A stretch of DNA of 64,000 nt from Daphnia carinata (lineage: Eukaryota): positions 4,712,001 through 4,776,000 of the forward strand of contig NC_081333.1 of the NCBI RefSeq assembly GCF_022539665.2, in the 5' to 3' direction. Position numbers and translations under genes: made by a program. Below, piece after piece: positions 1 to 13,916 of this stretch. Below the pieces are notes generated by a model, which was not told where the DNA came from, made no database searches, and was given only the letters and a program-made list of their open reading frames with translations. Each line of letters begins with the position of its first letter. Position 1 is the stretch's first letter.

Positions 1-1406
1 TTACGCAAAGGGGCATGTTGCATTTTTCATGGTCTCCCTGTGGGAGGGTAAGCCGAGGAGCGCAAGAGCCACAAGTCGCTAGAAATTTATTCAATGGCAC
101 TTCTTGCGACTTTATCTCTACATTCTACGGGTAAGTAGTCCATCGAGCGATTCGATCGCTGAATAATTTAACGATATACTGCACGCATGAAAATTTTATA
201 GCCGTTAGGACATTATGCTCACTAGCACAAGCTTAGTGGTCTGTTATATGCCCATTGTTACTGTTCTGCTTCTTCCTTCTTATTCGTTTTTTTCCCCTGG
301 TATTTAAAGGCGGGCGTTCGTTGCGCGTAAAGTTAAAATCGTTATAAACAAAATTTGTTTATTTTTATTTTTTGAAAAATAAAATGATCGCAATGCGGAT
401 AGTAGAGTTAGTAACAAAAACATTACTCCCGTTACTGTTTCGTTACAAGCGCTTAATTCTTGGCAATTTAAATAGCAAATAAAGCCACCAAAACCAAGAA
501 TAAAAAAAACAGAGAAATTTAAATTGAGAAATAAAAAAAATATTAAATCTGAGAGATATACGAAATAAATGTCTATCTGGTGACACATCTACAGTTCTAT
601 TTCGGCGGCTTCCCTATATATATATAAAAAAAAGAAGCCTTTATAATAGAGTAAAGGGAGCTATAACTGGGAAGGGACACTGCGCCAATCGATCTTCTTC
701 TCCATAATAAAAAATACTAGCGTAGGAATAAGATCAGGTGGACTGTTCAAGAATATAATACACTACGTCTAGTAGCCCCGTGTAATTTTACATTTTTCAC
801 AGCACTGTGGTAAACTAAACTAAAACCTGTTCTTTTTCTTTTTCCTCTCCGTCTGCGGGCCCTGTCATCCACTCGGGGATTCTTTAAAAATAAAAATGTG
901 TGTGGTCACCTATTCATGAACGAAGTGTACACTCATATAATATACGTATCGAAAATGCAACGTAAATATTAGCCGTTTGCGTCTTTTTTTTTTTTCGTGG
1001 CGCTTGTGTCCTACTTTAAAAACACCCAGTTGGCCGCTCTTTATTTCTTTTCCACGAAAAAAAAAAAAAAAAGAGGAACTGGGCGTATGGTAACTTGCGT
1101 AGAGGTCAGGCTTTTGGTGAAGCGATCGATAACAAGAGACTGAAAACAGAGAAGGCGTATGATGACGTCGTCAGACCGGTCACGCACTTGGCTCTCCAGC
1201 CCTTCAACTTTTACTACTGTACCATTGCAGAATGGAAATCAAATAAAAAACCAAATGAAAAGAAATAAATAATAGTAAGGTATAGCCTTCCTAGGGATGC
1301 CTATTCAAATGACGTCATTCTTTTTCAACTGGCTGATCACGAACTTTATTCTCTTTCTTATTTCAAAAAAAAAAAAAAAAAAGAAACGAAAATGTTTTGA
1401 ACTAAC

Positions 1407-3353
1407 CTGCGCGGGATCCGACAGCACGTTCAACAGCTCCTTCCAATGTAATGGCTTCGCTTCGACCTTGTTTATTAGTCGTTATAACGACGGCTGCCAC
1501 TCGCGTGCTCGGGTCGATGCCCGTCAGGTTGAAATGCGGCGCCGCTTTGTTGCTCATGTTGCGAAGGAGAGCGCCCGTGTCGGCGTTGTACAGCTGCAGC
1601 CAATAGACGTTTGAAGAGCCGCTCATCAACACGTCTTCGTCCTCGTCGTCGCCGACTTCATCTTTGCTGTCGCTATCGCCACTGCCACTCTCACTGCTGT
1701 CCTCCGCCTCTTTTTCGGCATTGCCTTTGGAACTGTTTCGACATTTCACTTCTAGGACGCCCTTCGACAAACTCTGCAGCGCGCACTGGGTTGGCGTCGG
1801 CGGCAGCCCTTCAATTCAAAAGATATTGAACAAATAAATGAAGACGTTCTTTTGATGGATAGCGAAATATTCAAACGAATATTTGAAAAGTGTCGCATTT
1901 TTTCTTGCATTTTCATTGATTTGTTTTATTTCTTATTTTTATTCGCTGACATTGGTATTGTACTTTATGCTTAAAAAAAATCAAAACAAAACGGATTGAA
2001 AAGAAGGATCAAAGTTAACTGAAAAATCGTTTCACTTTCAAATGCTTTTTCTGCTTTTTCTTCTTTGTGAATTCAAGAAAAAAAGCCCGCGAAATCAACA
2101 AACACGTAACGATTATTGGATCAATCAAGGTGTGATGTTACTTGTGTAAAAACTGGAAGACGAATTCGAGCTCGGTGTTCGCGCACAGATTAATATACAG
2201 TAAAATACGAATCCATATGGTAAATAGAGCCATGCATAAACTAGTCGCAGCAAGAACAGTGAGATCTTTTTCTGCATTAATATAACAGATGAGAACGTAA
2301 AGATGGACGAGAGGCGGGGGGGAACGAACGAGCTTTTGAGCTTGTGAATAAAAGAGAGGACGTGAGAGAAGACACAAACGAAATAAAACAAATAACAGGG
2401 GGAAAAACAAAAAAAAAATAAGCACGCGATATTGGATGTGGAATAGTCCACTCACTCACTCACAAACTGTTCGATTTCAGGCTCAAAAGCATCACGTAGG
2501 GATTTTTCATTGTTTTTCTTGTTTTTTTTGTTTGTTTTTTTTCATTTAGGACCCCAGGACCCGAGCAACTCGGTACGAAGCAGATTTTTCTACGTGAATT
2601 ATAATGTTTATAGAGAAAACGTCATAAATCTTGAATGCTGATGGCCGATAGTACCCCAAAAAAATGCGGCTCTACATCATCAACGGGAAATGGAGAAGCC
2701 AAGCTATCAACACAGTGGACGAGACGCAAAACAGAGTGTCACATTCCATTTTTTTGAAGTGTCACGTAATGGTCTGATGTGAGCACACAAGCATCTGATT
2801 GTCTGGATTTTGGCTCGACACCTTTGGTCTGTGCCTAGCCTGTACCTAGTACTCATCTTCACGATTAATACCAACTCTTTTGCTATCCCTATCGCCGCTT
2901 GTCTTTCCCTTAAACAACCTGCTGGTATTCCCGTTGCATCCGACTGAGCCATAAGCAAGAAACAGAAAACACCGTGTGGCTTACATTTCGGCCTTTAGCT
3001 TTTATTTTTCCGTCCATAGACGTAGCTTTTGAACCAACCGCAATAACAAAATTTCCAAACCGAATTTCCCATCGAAATGGCCGACGTCCGAAAAGGGAAA
3101 ATCCAAACGAAATCGTAGTTGATTTAGGCAGTCGTAGTTCATTACAACGAGTGAAAATAACCACACAAATCCGCTCTGACACCTTTGCTCAGTAAGCTGC
3201 TTGCCTTGCAGCTTTCAGTGTGAAAGAGATAGAGAGACAGAGAGAAAAAAAAAAGGGGGAAAACACGTCAACAAAAGAGCGCAAAAAGTGGTGGCAATTC
3301 AACTTGCTACCGGTAGTTGGTCGTTCTATTTCTAGGCGACAATACTCTGCCAT

Positions 3354-3390
<37 letters not shown>

Positions 3391-5365
3391 TCACACGAAA
3401 AGAATCGAACAAAAGAGTGGTTCGGCGTATAATACGTGAGAAATAGCGACTGGGAATAGCTAGGAAAGACAGACGAATGAACGACCGAAGGGAGACATCA
3501 GTCGAGACATGAGGGACGAAGAAAAGAAACCTGTCCTTCCTGTTTCCTCGTTTTTTTTTTTTTCTTTGCTCGTCTCCGTCGGTACGTAACAATGGCGCTA
3601 GAAGAAACAGGCAGTGCCTCGGGAAAGAACGCATAACTGCAGGATGAAAGTTTCTCGTGTTATTGTATGGGTCGCACAGGTACGTACAAAACCGAGTTTG
3701 CGTATAGTCCCAGCGATGGAGCATGATGGGGGAGTTCGGGACGAACCCGTTCCATAGCCACGAAAACATGTGAGGCAATAGGCTAAGAGGGGACAGGAAC
3801 AGAAAACTCTGTGGACATTCGAGCGAGCCAAAAGGAAAGCTGACACAAAAGCAACGAGAATAGAACAGATCTCGGCTGCATTAAGGATGACGGAGAGAAA
3901 AGAAAAAAAAAAAAAAGAGTTGCTTCCAAAGAATAGAATCGATAATAAAACAAATTCAAAAAGAGTAGGCTCACTGAGACGGAAGGGAGGGGGGAGGAAA
4001 AGAGGCAAGAGAAGAATGCCAGAGGAAAAAAAAAAAGGCCAAAGAAAGTCTAAGTAAGTAAAATGCCAGGGCTGAGGCAGGTTAAACAGATGATGGGACA
4101 ATCGTAGTACTACAAGCCCAAGTCAAGCATTGGGTGCGACGTCGGGAGAAATAGGTGCTGAGAATTTGATTGGCGATTCCACAGCCAGGAAGGAACAGAC
4201 AAGCAAAACGAAACGCAAAGCGCCAGAATTTCGTGATTGAACCAGCGAAAACAAAATAATCACGATCTCAAATGGATAAAGATGCAAGTTCAAAATAGTA
4301 GTAAGACAGTAGTATTGAAACCCCCCGCTCCATAGCGACGTGCAGCTGTTCTTTAGCCAATGTACGTACACGCCAGCACACACACTTAACTAGAATGTAT
4401 AATAGCCGTACCTTCTTTGACGATTTTGAAGCGGCACGGCTCCTTCTGCTTGCCGATGTCGTTCAAGGCCCAACACTGCAGCTCGCCAAAATCGGCGTCT
4501 CGTCGCGGAGTGTACACCAGGATGCTGGTTAAGCCGAAATCGGAAGACATTTCTCGGGGCAGCAGCGTTGTCTCGCGGCCGTTCGACAGCGTCCACGGGA
4601 AACTCAGCGTCTCCGGATCAGCTTCTACCTGATATTTTTTTTTGATTGATTTAAATTATTTGATCAATTTTCTTAGTAAGCCGTAGTTCTCTTTTATGTC
4701 GTACCTGGCAACGTAATTTGATGGATTGATCACGCGATACTACCACCGTCAGCGGTTTCGAACGCCGACACACCGGCGCATCTGTTGTGCACCGTCAACC
4801 CAGGTCCCGTCCCGCAGAAGATGAAAATAAATGATTAACTAACAGCTTTACAAACTTTAAGTACTTGAACATTTCACGCTCCTTTTTTCCTTACAGCTTA
4901 AACATTTCGTTTCATCCTCGAAATGTTGGAATGCAATATTCAGTAGAAAAATAATAATAAAAAAAAAAAAAGATAAAGACTTGCATTTCACGTGAAGATG
5001 AAGAGGTGCACTAGCCGATTCGCCCAGCCGGTTTGTGGCAATGCACGTGTAATTGCCAGCTGTATGCCGCTCTATCTGGCGGATAACCAGCGTTTGATTG
5101 GCCAAGATTATGTCGCGGTTTTCTCGATTTCGACTGTTGCCCAAGAGTTTGCCCTATATCCACAACGATAACGTGGCAAAAAAGAAGAAATAATACAAGA
5201 TGTAACGATTTATGTTGAACCATAAGATCTCCACAATGTGATACTATATTATTTACGCGCACATATACACTTTTACTACGGACACACTTGGTGCCGTGGT
5301 CCTTTTTAAGCTGCGCGTTATAACGAAATGCAACGAACCAGAAGAATGTGAAAGAACAAGAATAA

Positions 5366-5396
<31 letters not shown>

Positions 5397-8300
5397 CACA
5401 CACACACACATTGCTTACATTATGCATCCAGGTCAAGCGTTGAATCGACGGATTGGCACGTGTTTGGCATTCGAGATACACGTTGCTGCCTTCGCGGATT
5501 TCCTCGGCGGCGAACCGACGGCCTAGCACCAAGTTGGCCCGCGGCGGATCTGCATTTTCATTTTCGCATTCAGCGTGTGTACGTAATTAGACGCACATAC
5601 AACATATATATATACTGTATATATATAGCCATGCGTATATACGGTTCATGTAATATGTACAATATGTCGGTCTACATGCTTTTCTAGGTATCAGTTGACG
5701 TCCGCTAGCGTTCACTTCAAATCCTTCCTAATAATAGGCTCAGTGTGGTTCATGCGCATTTCAACTTTCAATGAATAGCCCCTTTGCCTTTCTTTATGGC
5801 TCGGCCCAGTTCGTCTAATGTGGAACGAAGACCTGAGTTTGGACCGGGGCAACCCAACTTTGGTAAGACATGTTTTCACGCACAACACTGGCGCTTACGT
5901 GCAGAGGCCAAGTTTTGGTCACTGTGAAGCTTTCACCTCAGCATCAGGCTTTGAGACAGACGGGGGGGGGGGTCTATTATGTTCCATTTCAATGTGTGTA
6001 CGCGCCGTAGAATGACGGAGAGAAGAATCTTCTGCAAACACATCTACCGGCTACTGCCACTATGTATTAACGGTGGCCATTTGCTAAAGATTCAACTCAA
6101 ACGAATACTGTGTCCGTAAGAGTGAAGCAAAAAAAAAACGAGGACTCTCTTTCGCCAACAGATAGAAAGTTGCCCTTCAGGTCGCGGTATGCTAATGAGA
6201 ACCAACACTTCATCTTCTATTTGGCTGAAATAAAAACGAATGGCGCGTCCCCCGCAGCGGAATTGCTCATTCGCATTGTTCGTCTTATTTGCCTGTCGCT
6301 AGTTGCCATTTGCAAAACCGACAACTCGTGAATACTTACAGTAGACTTGCATCCGCCATTCGTCTTCAACGAAACCGCCGTCCAAAAGTGGGGTTTGCGC
6401 TCGACAGGTCACGATGCGTCCGTCGTCCTCGATGGCCGGAGTCAAGTTCAGCTTGGATATCGTACCATTCTCCTCTTTCGACACCTAGGCATTCAGTAGT
6501 AAAACGAGCAAATAACGTTATACAAAGGCGAAAATCAACAGCCCGAAACTCATCGACTTCAATATCACAAAGCGTATTTCAATTCCATATCAAATGGTGC
6601 GGTACAATCGCCAGATATGTAGGCGGGACTCGCATTCAGGACATTTACGAGTTTTTATCTTAGCCATCAGCCAATTGCTTAGTACATTAACGATAGAAAA
6701 AAAAAATAACGCGCAGAGGGAATATGTCTAAGCCGCTCTGTTTCGGGTCTTAACCTCCCTCAGTTGGCATCGATTGTGACGTCCTAATAGAAAACCATTA
6801 CGACTGCGGATAATGTGAAAAAAAAAAGAAATAGAAAACATTATGTGTATTGATAGAAACAGAGTCCAAGCGGATGAGGGGGTAGGAGGGAAATAGGTAG
6901 ACGAGCGAGTCGGAATCTGCTTTCAAACAAAATTGATTATCTTTCGGAAGCAACAGTGGAACGGAACAGAACTCCCTCCCCCCACTGAATTGCGCACGTT
7001 CTACGGGAATGCTAGACATCTCCATATCCTTTGCTCTCGTTGCTCCAGCTTTAGATCTGCTTCAAGCCGGAGTGTTTGCGCAGAGTTCACTGCGTGTCGT
7101 TGCATTCGCAATCTTGCACCACATCCGCTCCGTCCAGTACATCGGAGAAATGTCGTCGCTATTTTTAGTTCTCTTTTTTGTTGTTGTTGTTGTCAGATTC
7201 TGATCTTTGATATCGTCCATCCCTGAAGCGGCGTGTGTGAGCATGCTACACGATCATATTCTCTTTTGTCATTGCCTGTCTCTCTCTCTCTCTCTCTGTC
7301 TTCTCAACTGCCTTTTTTTTAATATATGTATATTTATACTTGTATATGCGAAGGGGAATTTTTCGAGCACCCGAACTCCCCATCCGGCGCCGACTGAACG
7401 AGTGATTTGAAAATGCTGGCCCATCGTAACTCATTCGCGCACTCACTCACATCACCTGGCTGTGACACATTAATTGAAAATTCTTCCGTTAGAACCCTCG
7501 TTTTATTTATAGGGAAAAAGGAAGAGAGAGTTGGAGAGTGGGGGGTGGGGGTTGCGAAAAATTGTTGATCATCTTCTCGACCCTCCTCCTTACGGCCTGT
7601 TAAATACATAATGGGTTTGCATACCGCTATAGGCGGATGTTATTCTTTCTTGCTTTTTTTTTTCTCTTTCTTTCTCGTCCAACTGAACATGAGAAGTTTG
7701 TGAGCCTTTCCCCCAACATCATCTCCCCCCCCCCTCGATATGAATGCCTATTTCTCTTGAACGCTCTCTCTCTCTCTTCACGACCCACGGCTGAAACTTT
7801 ATGGAGCGAACCAACTACGTCGGTGTTCTTCAACCGTCTTCAACTTGTATTCAATTTCGTACCAAGCTGAACAGACGTATCATTGCTCACTGCCTCAAAC
7901 TTTTCAAAAAAAATTTTTTTTTATGCCCTCACTCTTCTTCCCGGCATGGTTTTGACAGGATGCATATAACAATTTCGCCGTGTTTTTAGGAGGGCTATAG
8001 AACAAGCGCGTTGACAGAGGAGAACTTACCAAAATTTCGGCGCTCGTCAGCTGAATATTGTTCATCCACCAGGTGACTACTGCTGGCGGATTGGCGCCCG
8101 ACGCTTTACACTGAAGTTGCTGAGTTTTGCCTGCTTCCAAGTACGGGCCGGCTGGAATAATTTCCACTTTTTTCGGTTTCACTGATTAAACGATAAAAAA
8201 AATATTATGTCAATTAAAAAAAGAAGTTAAAGCAGTCCTAGGAATTTTCTCTTTTGGGGAAAATTAGGAGCGGAAGATGTCGTTACGTAATTTAGCATAA

Positions 8301-8583
8301 ATGCGTCGTATTAAAATGTATGTGTGCATATTTTTGCATGACGACATCGTAGATGAAATCAAGCCCAGTCGAGTAGCTAATGTGCGGGGGAAGGATGTGT
8401 GGGTGCTTCGTAGATATTTAAACCTACACCCAGGATTCCACTAACCAACAGGTTTATACAGATCTAATCGAATTTTTCATAGCTTTGCCTGATGGTGATG
8501 ACAGGCCATTCCACTAGAAATAAGAATCTCCTGTGCGCTGTATATTCTTCTCCATCCCCCCCCCCCCCCCCCCCCTCCCCCGT

Positions 8584-8617
<34 letters not shown>

Positions 8618-11600
8618 TCTTTCCTCTTGAGTTCGTCCCCGTCGTTCCGTATACAACTTCAAGTTGCCGCCAGTTTCAATAAAAGAAGTGCGAGCGACGG
8701 AAAACGGCACGGTTCGAGTAGTATAGCGACTAACGAATAGCCTTTTTTTTTTTTTTTTTTTTTTTTAATACGATATGTGAAATAAGGCACAGCTCTCGTT
8801 GAAAGGTTAATGACGAGAAAGCGGCACTGTTGAAAAAAAAAAAAAAAAAAAAAAAAAAATGACGGACGTTCTCCAGGCTCGCCACTCGTAAGTAAACAGC
8901 ACTCGACGCTTCCCCCCCTTCTCTTTCCTTTGGCCTCTCTTCTTCCATCCAAGTGCCGCAGCCTACGTATCTAAAGTGAAAAAAAAAAAAAAAATCGTCA
9001 TGCTATTGCTAGAAATGAAAAATAGGGCTACACGAGCCGAAACCTCGAACGGGTGGCTATTCTGCGCACATCTCATCTGGGGCTGGTTAAAGTCGATGTT
9101 CTCCACAAAATGGGAGCTAACCCACAAGGCACTACAGGGCTACAGCTGCACTGTCAATCTTGATATATCCTTTCATTCGGAGCACGAGTCTTGACTACAC
9201 TCATCCCCCATCGTCCTAATAGATTTCCAAACACAACACATATGTATGCATATATCCATAAGCCATAGATATCCCGGCTCCCGGGAGGCGGTTTTCAGAG
9301 ATTCCGGCAAAATCCCAACTGGCAGAGAGCGAATACAACACTGCAGGCAAATAAAAAAAAAAAAAGCAAAGAAAAAAAAAGAAAAAAAAATCAAATAAAA
9401 AAGGAAAAGAAAAAAGAAAAAAAAGTCTAAATGGATAATTTCCCCAAGCGCATCTTTTCAAGATTTCTCCTTTTCGACTGTTGGGGTCCAACTTTTTTTT
9501 TTTTGAGGGGGGAGGGGGAGTTTCCATGATAATGAAAAAGTTAGTGGCCGCCATCGCAATGTTATTGAAAGATGAACGCTAGTTGTATTTGATGTGCGCT
9601 ATACGTTGCTGATCAAAGAAAGGTCGTTTCCTCGCATTGCAACTGCCAGATTTTTATTTCCCCTCTTTCTTTTTTTTTTTTTTTTTTTTCTATCAAACTT
9701 TGGCTTGGCCAGCACTAGCACACAGAGTGTGATTCTTTCATGTTTCTCGTAGCGGAAGTGAAATTCGTCCAACGAGATGGAAGGCGTCAAGTGGCTCCGA
9801 TGGATTAACGTAGATTTTTTCCGTCTTTTTTTTTAGAACGCATAAACGTAGACGCTCATCCTAGCGAATGAATAGGCGGTTGACTTATCCAAGTCTTCGC
9901 AGTAATGACACGACACACCAGTTCCACGATGCGCTTCAGTTCTCGCAGATATGCGATCGAGAACGGTGGAACAAAGGCGAGTTTCGAGTCGAAACAAGCG
10001 AGAGTAGTATGGCGCCTGCCGCTCTCGCATGTGAAGCTTGGGGAGGGTGTGTGCTTCAGACTTGACGAAGTAAATCACGAATTCTTTTGTTTTTGATGAT
10101 GATGAAAAATGACTGCTGCCACTACGTGCCACCATGTTAACTGCAATTGTACAGAACCCTAGCCCTTTGCGGTTGCAACGGCAGGCGGCGCATTCTCTTA
10201 TTTAATGGCACGCGCCTCTTATTGGTGTGTGATAGTTGGTATGGCTGACGGCAGGCGACGAAAGAGGCAAGCCGCTATTAGGCGATGTCCTGAAAGCCTA
10301 AGAACGTTCTTTTTTTTTTATTTTTGTTTTTGTTTTTTATTTTCTTTTCAAGCTTGTAAAGCAGCCGGTGATGACGGGCTAACGTCGTCGTTTGTTGATC
10401 TTATGGCGACACCAGCGGCCGAGTGGCCGGATCAGACGATCGTTAACAAACCTCCTACTCGCTTCGGCAATATGTACAACCAACTGGCTAGAGGTTTGCT
10501 GCCTTCGTCGAATCGATTTTCAAATTTAACGAATTTTTTTTTTACGTGATCGGCGTTCAGTTACCTGTGTCTCGTACAGGGAATTTCAGCGTCAATTTTC
10601 CTATTTGTGTGTGGAATAATTGGGGTTGCCGTCGCTTAGACGCTCGGTTACATTGCCTTTTCTCTTTTTTTTTAAATTTATCAATCGCTTTTCGTCAGAT
10701 TGTGTATGACGTGAACGATATAGCGGTCACGTCGGTTCTGAACCGTTCCCGGATTACAACATTTTTGAAGGAGGGCAAAAGCTGACGCTCTGTATGGGCA
10801 CTCACCAGGCTATCATCTCTAGGTCTAACGATGTTACGTAATACCTTTGCTCGTAAAAGTAATATCAAATTGCGACTCTAGAATAAAAAAAAAAAAATTA
10901 ATCTGACATGAACATGACGTGAACGCACGCGTTCCTTACACGGCAAGGCGGCCATATATCCGTGTATGATATATTGCTATTGTACTGTAGGCCTACTCCA
11001 GTGAAAACGACAAAGCCAAATTTCATCGTCACACGTTGAGGTACGATAACGTGATACTAGTTTGCTCCACCGCTGTTTACTTCGCTTAACTGCAGCTCGA
11101 GCAAGCTCACATGTTTAAAAACACGCGCATTACATTCTGTAGCTAAATTGTTTCAGCCATAACGGACGACAGGAAGATGATTTTGTGAATTCCTATTACC
11201 GTCTTTTCTAGCAGACATTTCAGACTACGCGTTCGTTCTGAGCAATTTAAGCAATCTTGGACTGCTGGACTCGTGCAAATAGCGCGAATTATAAAATTCT
11301 GATTGACGAACTCATTACATAATAGCCGTCCACGAAGGCATTAACGGGAACTGTTCTCGTATATAAAAGGTACGTTATGCAAGTGGCGTGTCAAATTGGG
11401 AGAAATTCATTTGCAAAGTCAGTAATGGACGCTCAGGGCACGCTGAAGTCGACGAAATACAACGAGAAGAACTTATAACAAAAAAAAAACAAAAACAGCC
11501 AAAGCTTTTAGTTAACTTACTTCGTAGATTAAGTGTGATGTTGCGTAAGACGGGAGGCGCCGGCGGCGTGACGTCAAGGTCCAGTTGGCACGCGTAGGTA

Positions 11601-12296
11601 GCATGGTGATCATCCCTCGATAGGCTACGTAACTGCAGGTGATAGAAGTAATCGTGATGCATTCTGTGTTCCACTCGGGACTCGACTAGCTTGCCGTTTC
11701 GGTACCAGCCAACCTTAAGGTTCGGCCCTCCTGTGTATTGCATAATAACCACATCTTTATATTTGACTTTCATTCCATGAACTGTAACGATCAATCTGAC
11801 AGAGTGAAAATTCACGTGAAAGGGCGTGAAAAAATCAACACGTAATAAACGTGGGGTAAAGCTGGGAATAGGCAAAGGTGTGTAATCGACGTCTTAGCAA
11901 ATAGTTAAGGGCGCAAAAACGTACCACCGGTAACCTCGCAGATGAGAGCCAAATCGGCCCCTTCGTCGTACATGGCAGACACGGTTCCGTATTGGCGAGC
12001 ACTGTTGGCGTAGATCACCGGAACTCTTGGTGATTCTAGGATAGTGGGAGAGGGGGGAGGGGGGGGGAGTGAAAATCCAGAATTACAATTAGCATTCAAG
12101 CAGGATTAATTAGTCTTCTACGTCGGTCTCTTGGGTTTCCGGGGGGCTCCTCCAGTTGAGCTCCTTCAGTTCCCACTTAATACGGTCATGCTAGTGGCTC
12201 TCCAAAAACCGATCGATATGCAGCTCTAAACATAGATCTTGCAATTAGACTATGCCCGTTGGGCCTACGGGTAAAAGATGGAAGAAAACCAGCAGG

Positions 12297-12359
<63 letters not shown>

Positions 12360-12709
12360 GAAAAACCCCACACCGACAGTGTACAGCTCGTGTAGACCGC
12401 AGCCCGCCGTGTGTGTAGTCCCGGTCGTTGATCATCATCACCGTTGTTTTGCCTTTAAGGATCCACCTCACGTAGAGCCGGAGAGATAATAAAGCTTGGT
12501 ATTCAGCATCGATCGCTCTGCTGTCGAGCTTTCCCTGCGTTAGTCTGATCTATTCTTTCTGATTTTTCCTCTCCCATCCCATCACGCCTAGTTGCTATAC
12601 GACCTCCCCTTTTGAGCTCTGAATCTCTGATTCTTTTCCTGTCAAGGGCGCAAGTGAGATTGCTCTCGTTTTCCTTGGTTTTTTCCCCTCACTTTATTTC
12701 TTCCGTTTC

Positions 12710-12741
<32 letters not shown>

Positions 12742-12879
12742 CTTTTATATTTTTTGTTTTTCGTCTACAACATTTGATAACATTAGATCGGAACGAGAGA
12801 CAGGAGAGGTTTTGGAAGCGCAATTGGTTCGAGGCAACACGTGAGCACCGCGCAAAAGACAACGTGCTTGTTGGGCTGT

Positions 12880-12920
<41 letters not shown>

Positions 12921-13067
12921 CCTTGCTTCTGAACACACAAGAAATCCGATTGATTAACAATATGTCTGTTTGCTTTCTCGTGTTTGCTCCTGGTTTAACT
13001 CGGCTCTACAATTTGGCTTGCTGGTTATTAAACAGCCACCGCCTTTGAAGTCTCGTTCCTGCCCCAT

Positions 13068-13098
<31 letters not shown>

Positions 13099-13880
13099 CC
13101 GTTTTCTTTTCTATATACTTGTAGCACACACACACATACTGCTCTCCTGTCCGTTCGGCTCAACGAATTTCACCATGAATTTCGTCGAATTTCATTCCAA
13201 TAATATTCAAAAGGAATATGCCAGGCAAAATTCCGAGCGCTTCATGTATACCGTCAACCGCGACAGAAGTTACAACGGAAAAAAAAAAAAAAAAGAAAAG
13301 TTATTAACTTATCGAAAACTACGCATGGATCAGTCCCTTTCCGATTAGCGCTTAGTTATTATTTATTCATGCATTCGTTCCGTGTGATTTTGTTTTGTTT
13401 TTCTCACGATTAAGGCGTGGCTTTCTTGAACTTTTAAATGTTCGAGAAGCTCCACAGGCGTCCCCCTAAGAAAATTGTGCTAGGATTTATTGCAATTCTT
13501 TACGTTATGCTTCGCAATGTTAATCAAAAAGTTTTGTTTTTTGCGACATGCGATATTGTAAATATGCCAACGCGTAGCGCTTTGCTGGGGCACACGGGTA
13601 AGGATATAGCAACCATGGACGGAACCGTGCGGCGGCACTGAACACCTACTTAAGCATGCACGCCACAACGACGATGACTTTGATAAAGCAGAACAGAGGC
13701 CTTCATAGTAGGATAAAAAAAAAATATACAGTATATAGTCAAGCAGAGAAAAGGAAAACAGAAGGACCGACAGGGCGGAGAGAGATGAAGGCGCAGTGAA
13801 AAGTCGGACGCTGGGGACACGCAGTTTTTACAGCAAGAAATGTTGCGTTCCAGACCCGTCTTCTATAGTCTCCTGCTGTC

Positions 13881-13916
<36 letters not shown>

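Noticed and set aside
210..260. tRNA-like start (AGCTTAGTGGT)
   Set aside because: No T-loop GTTCGA and no cloverleaf pairing.
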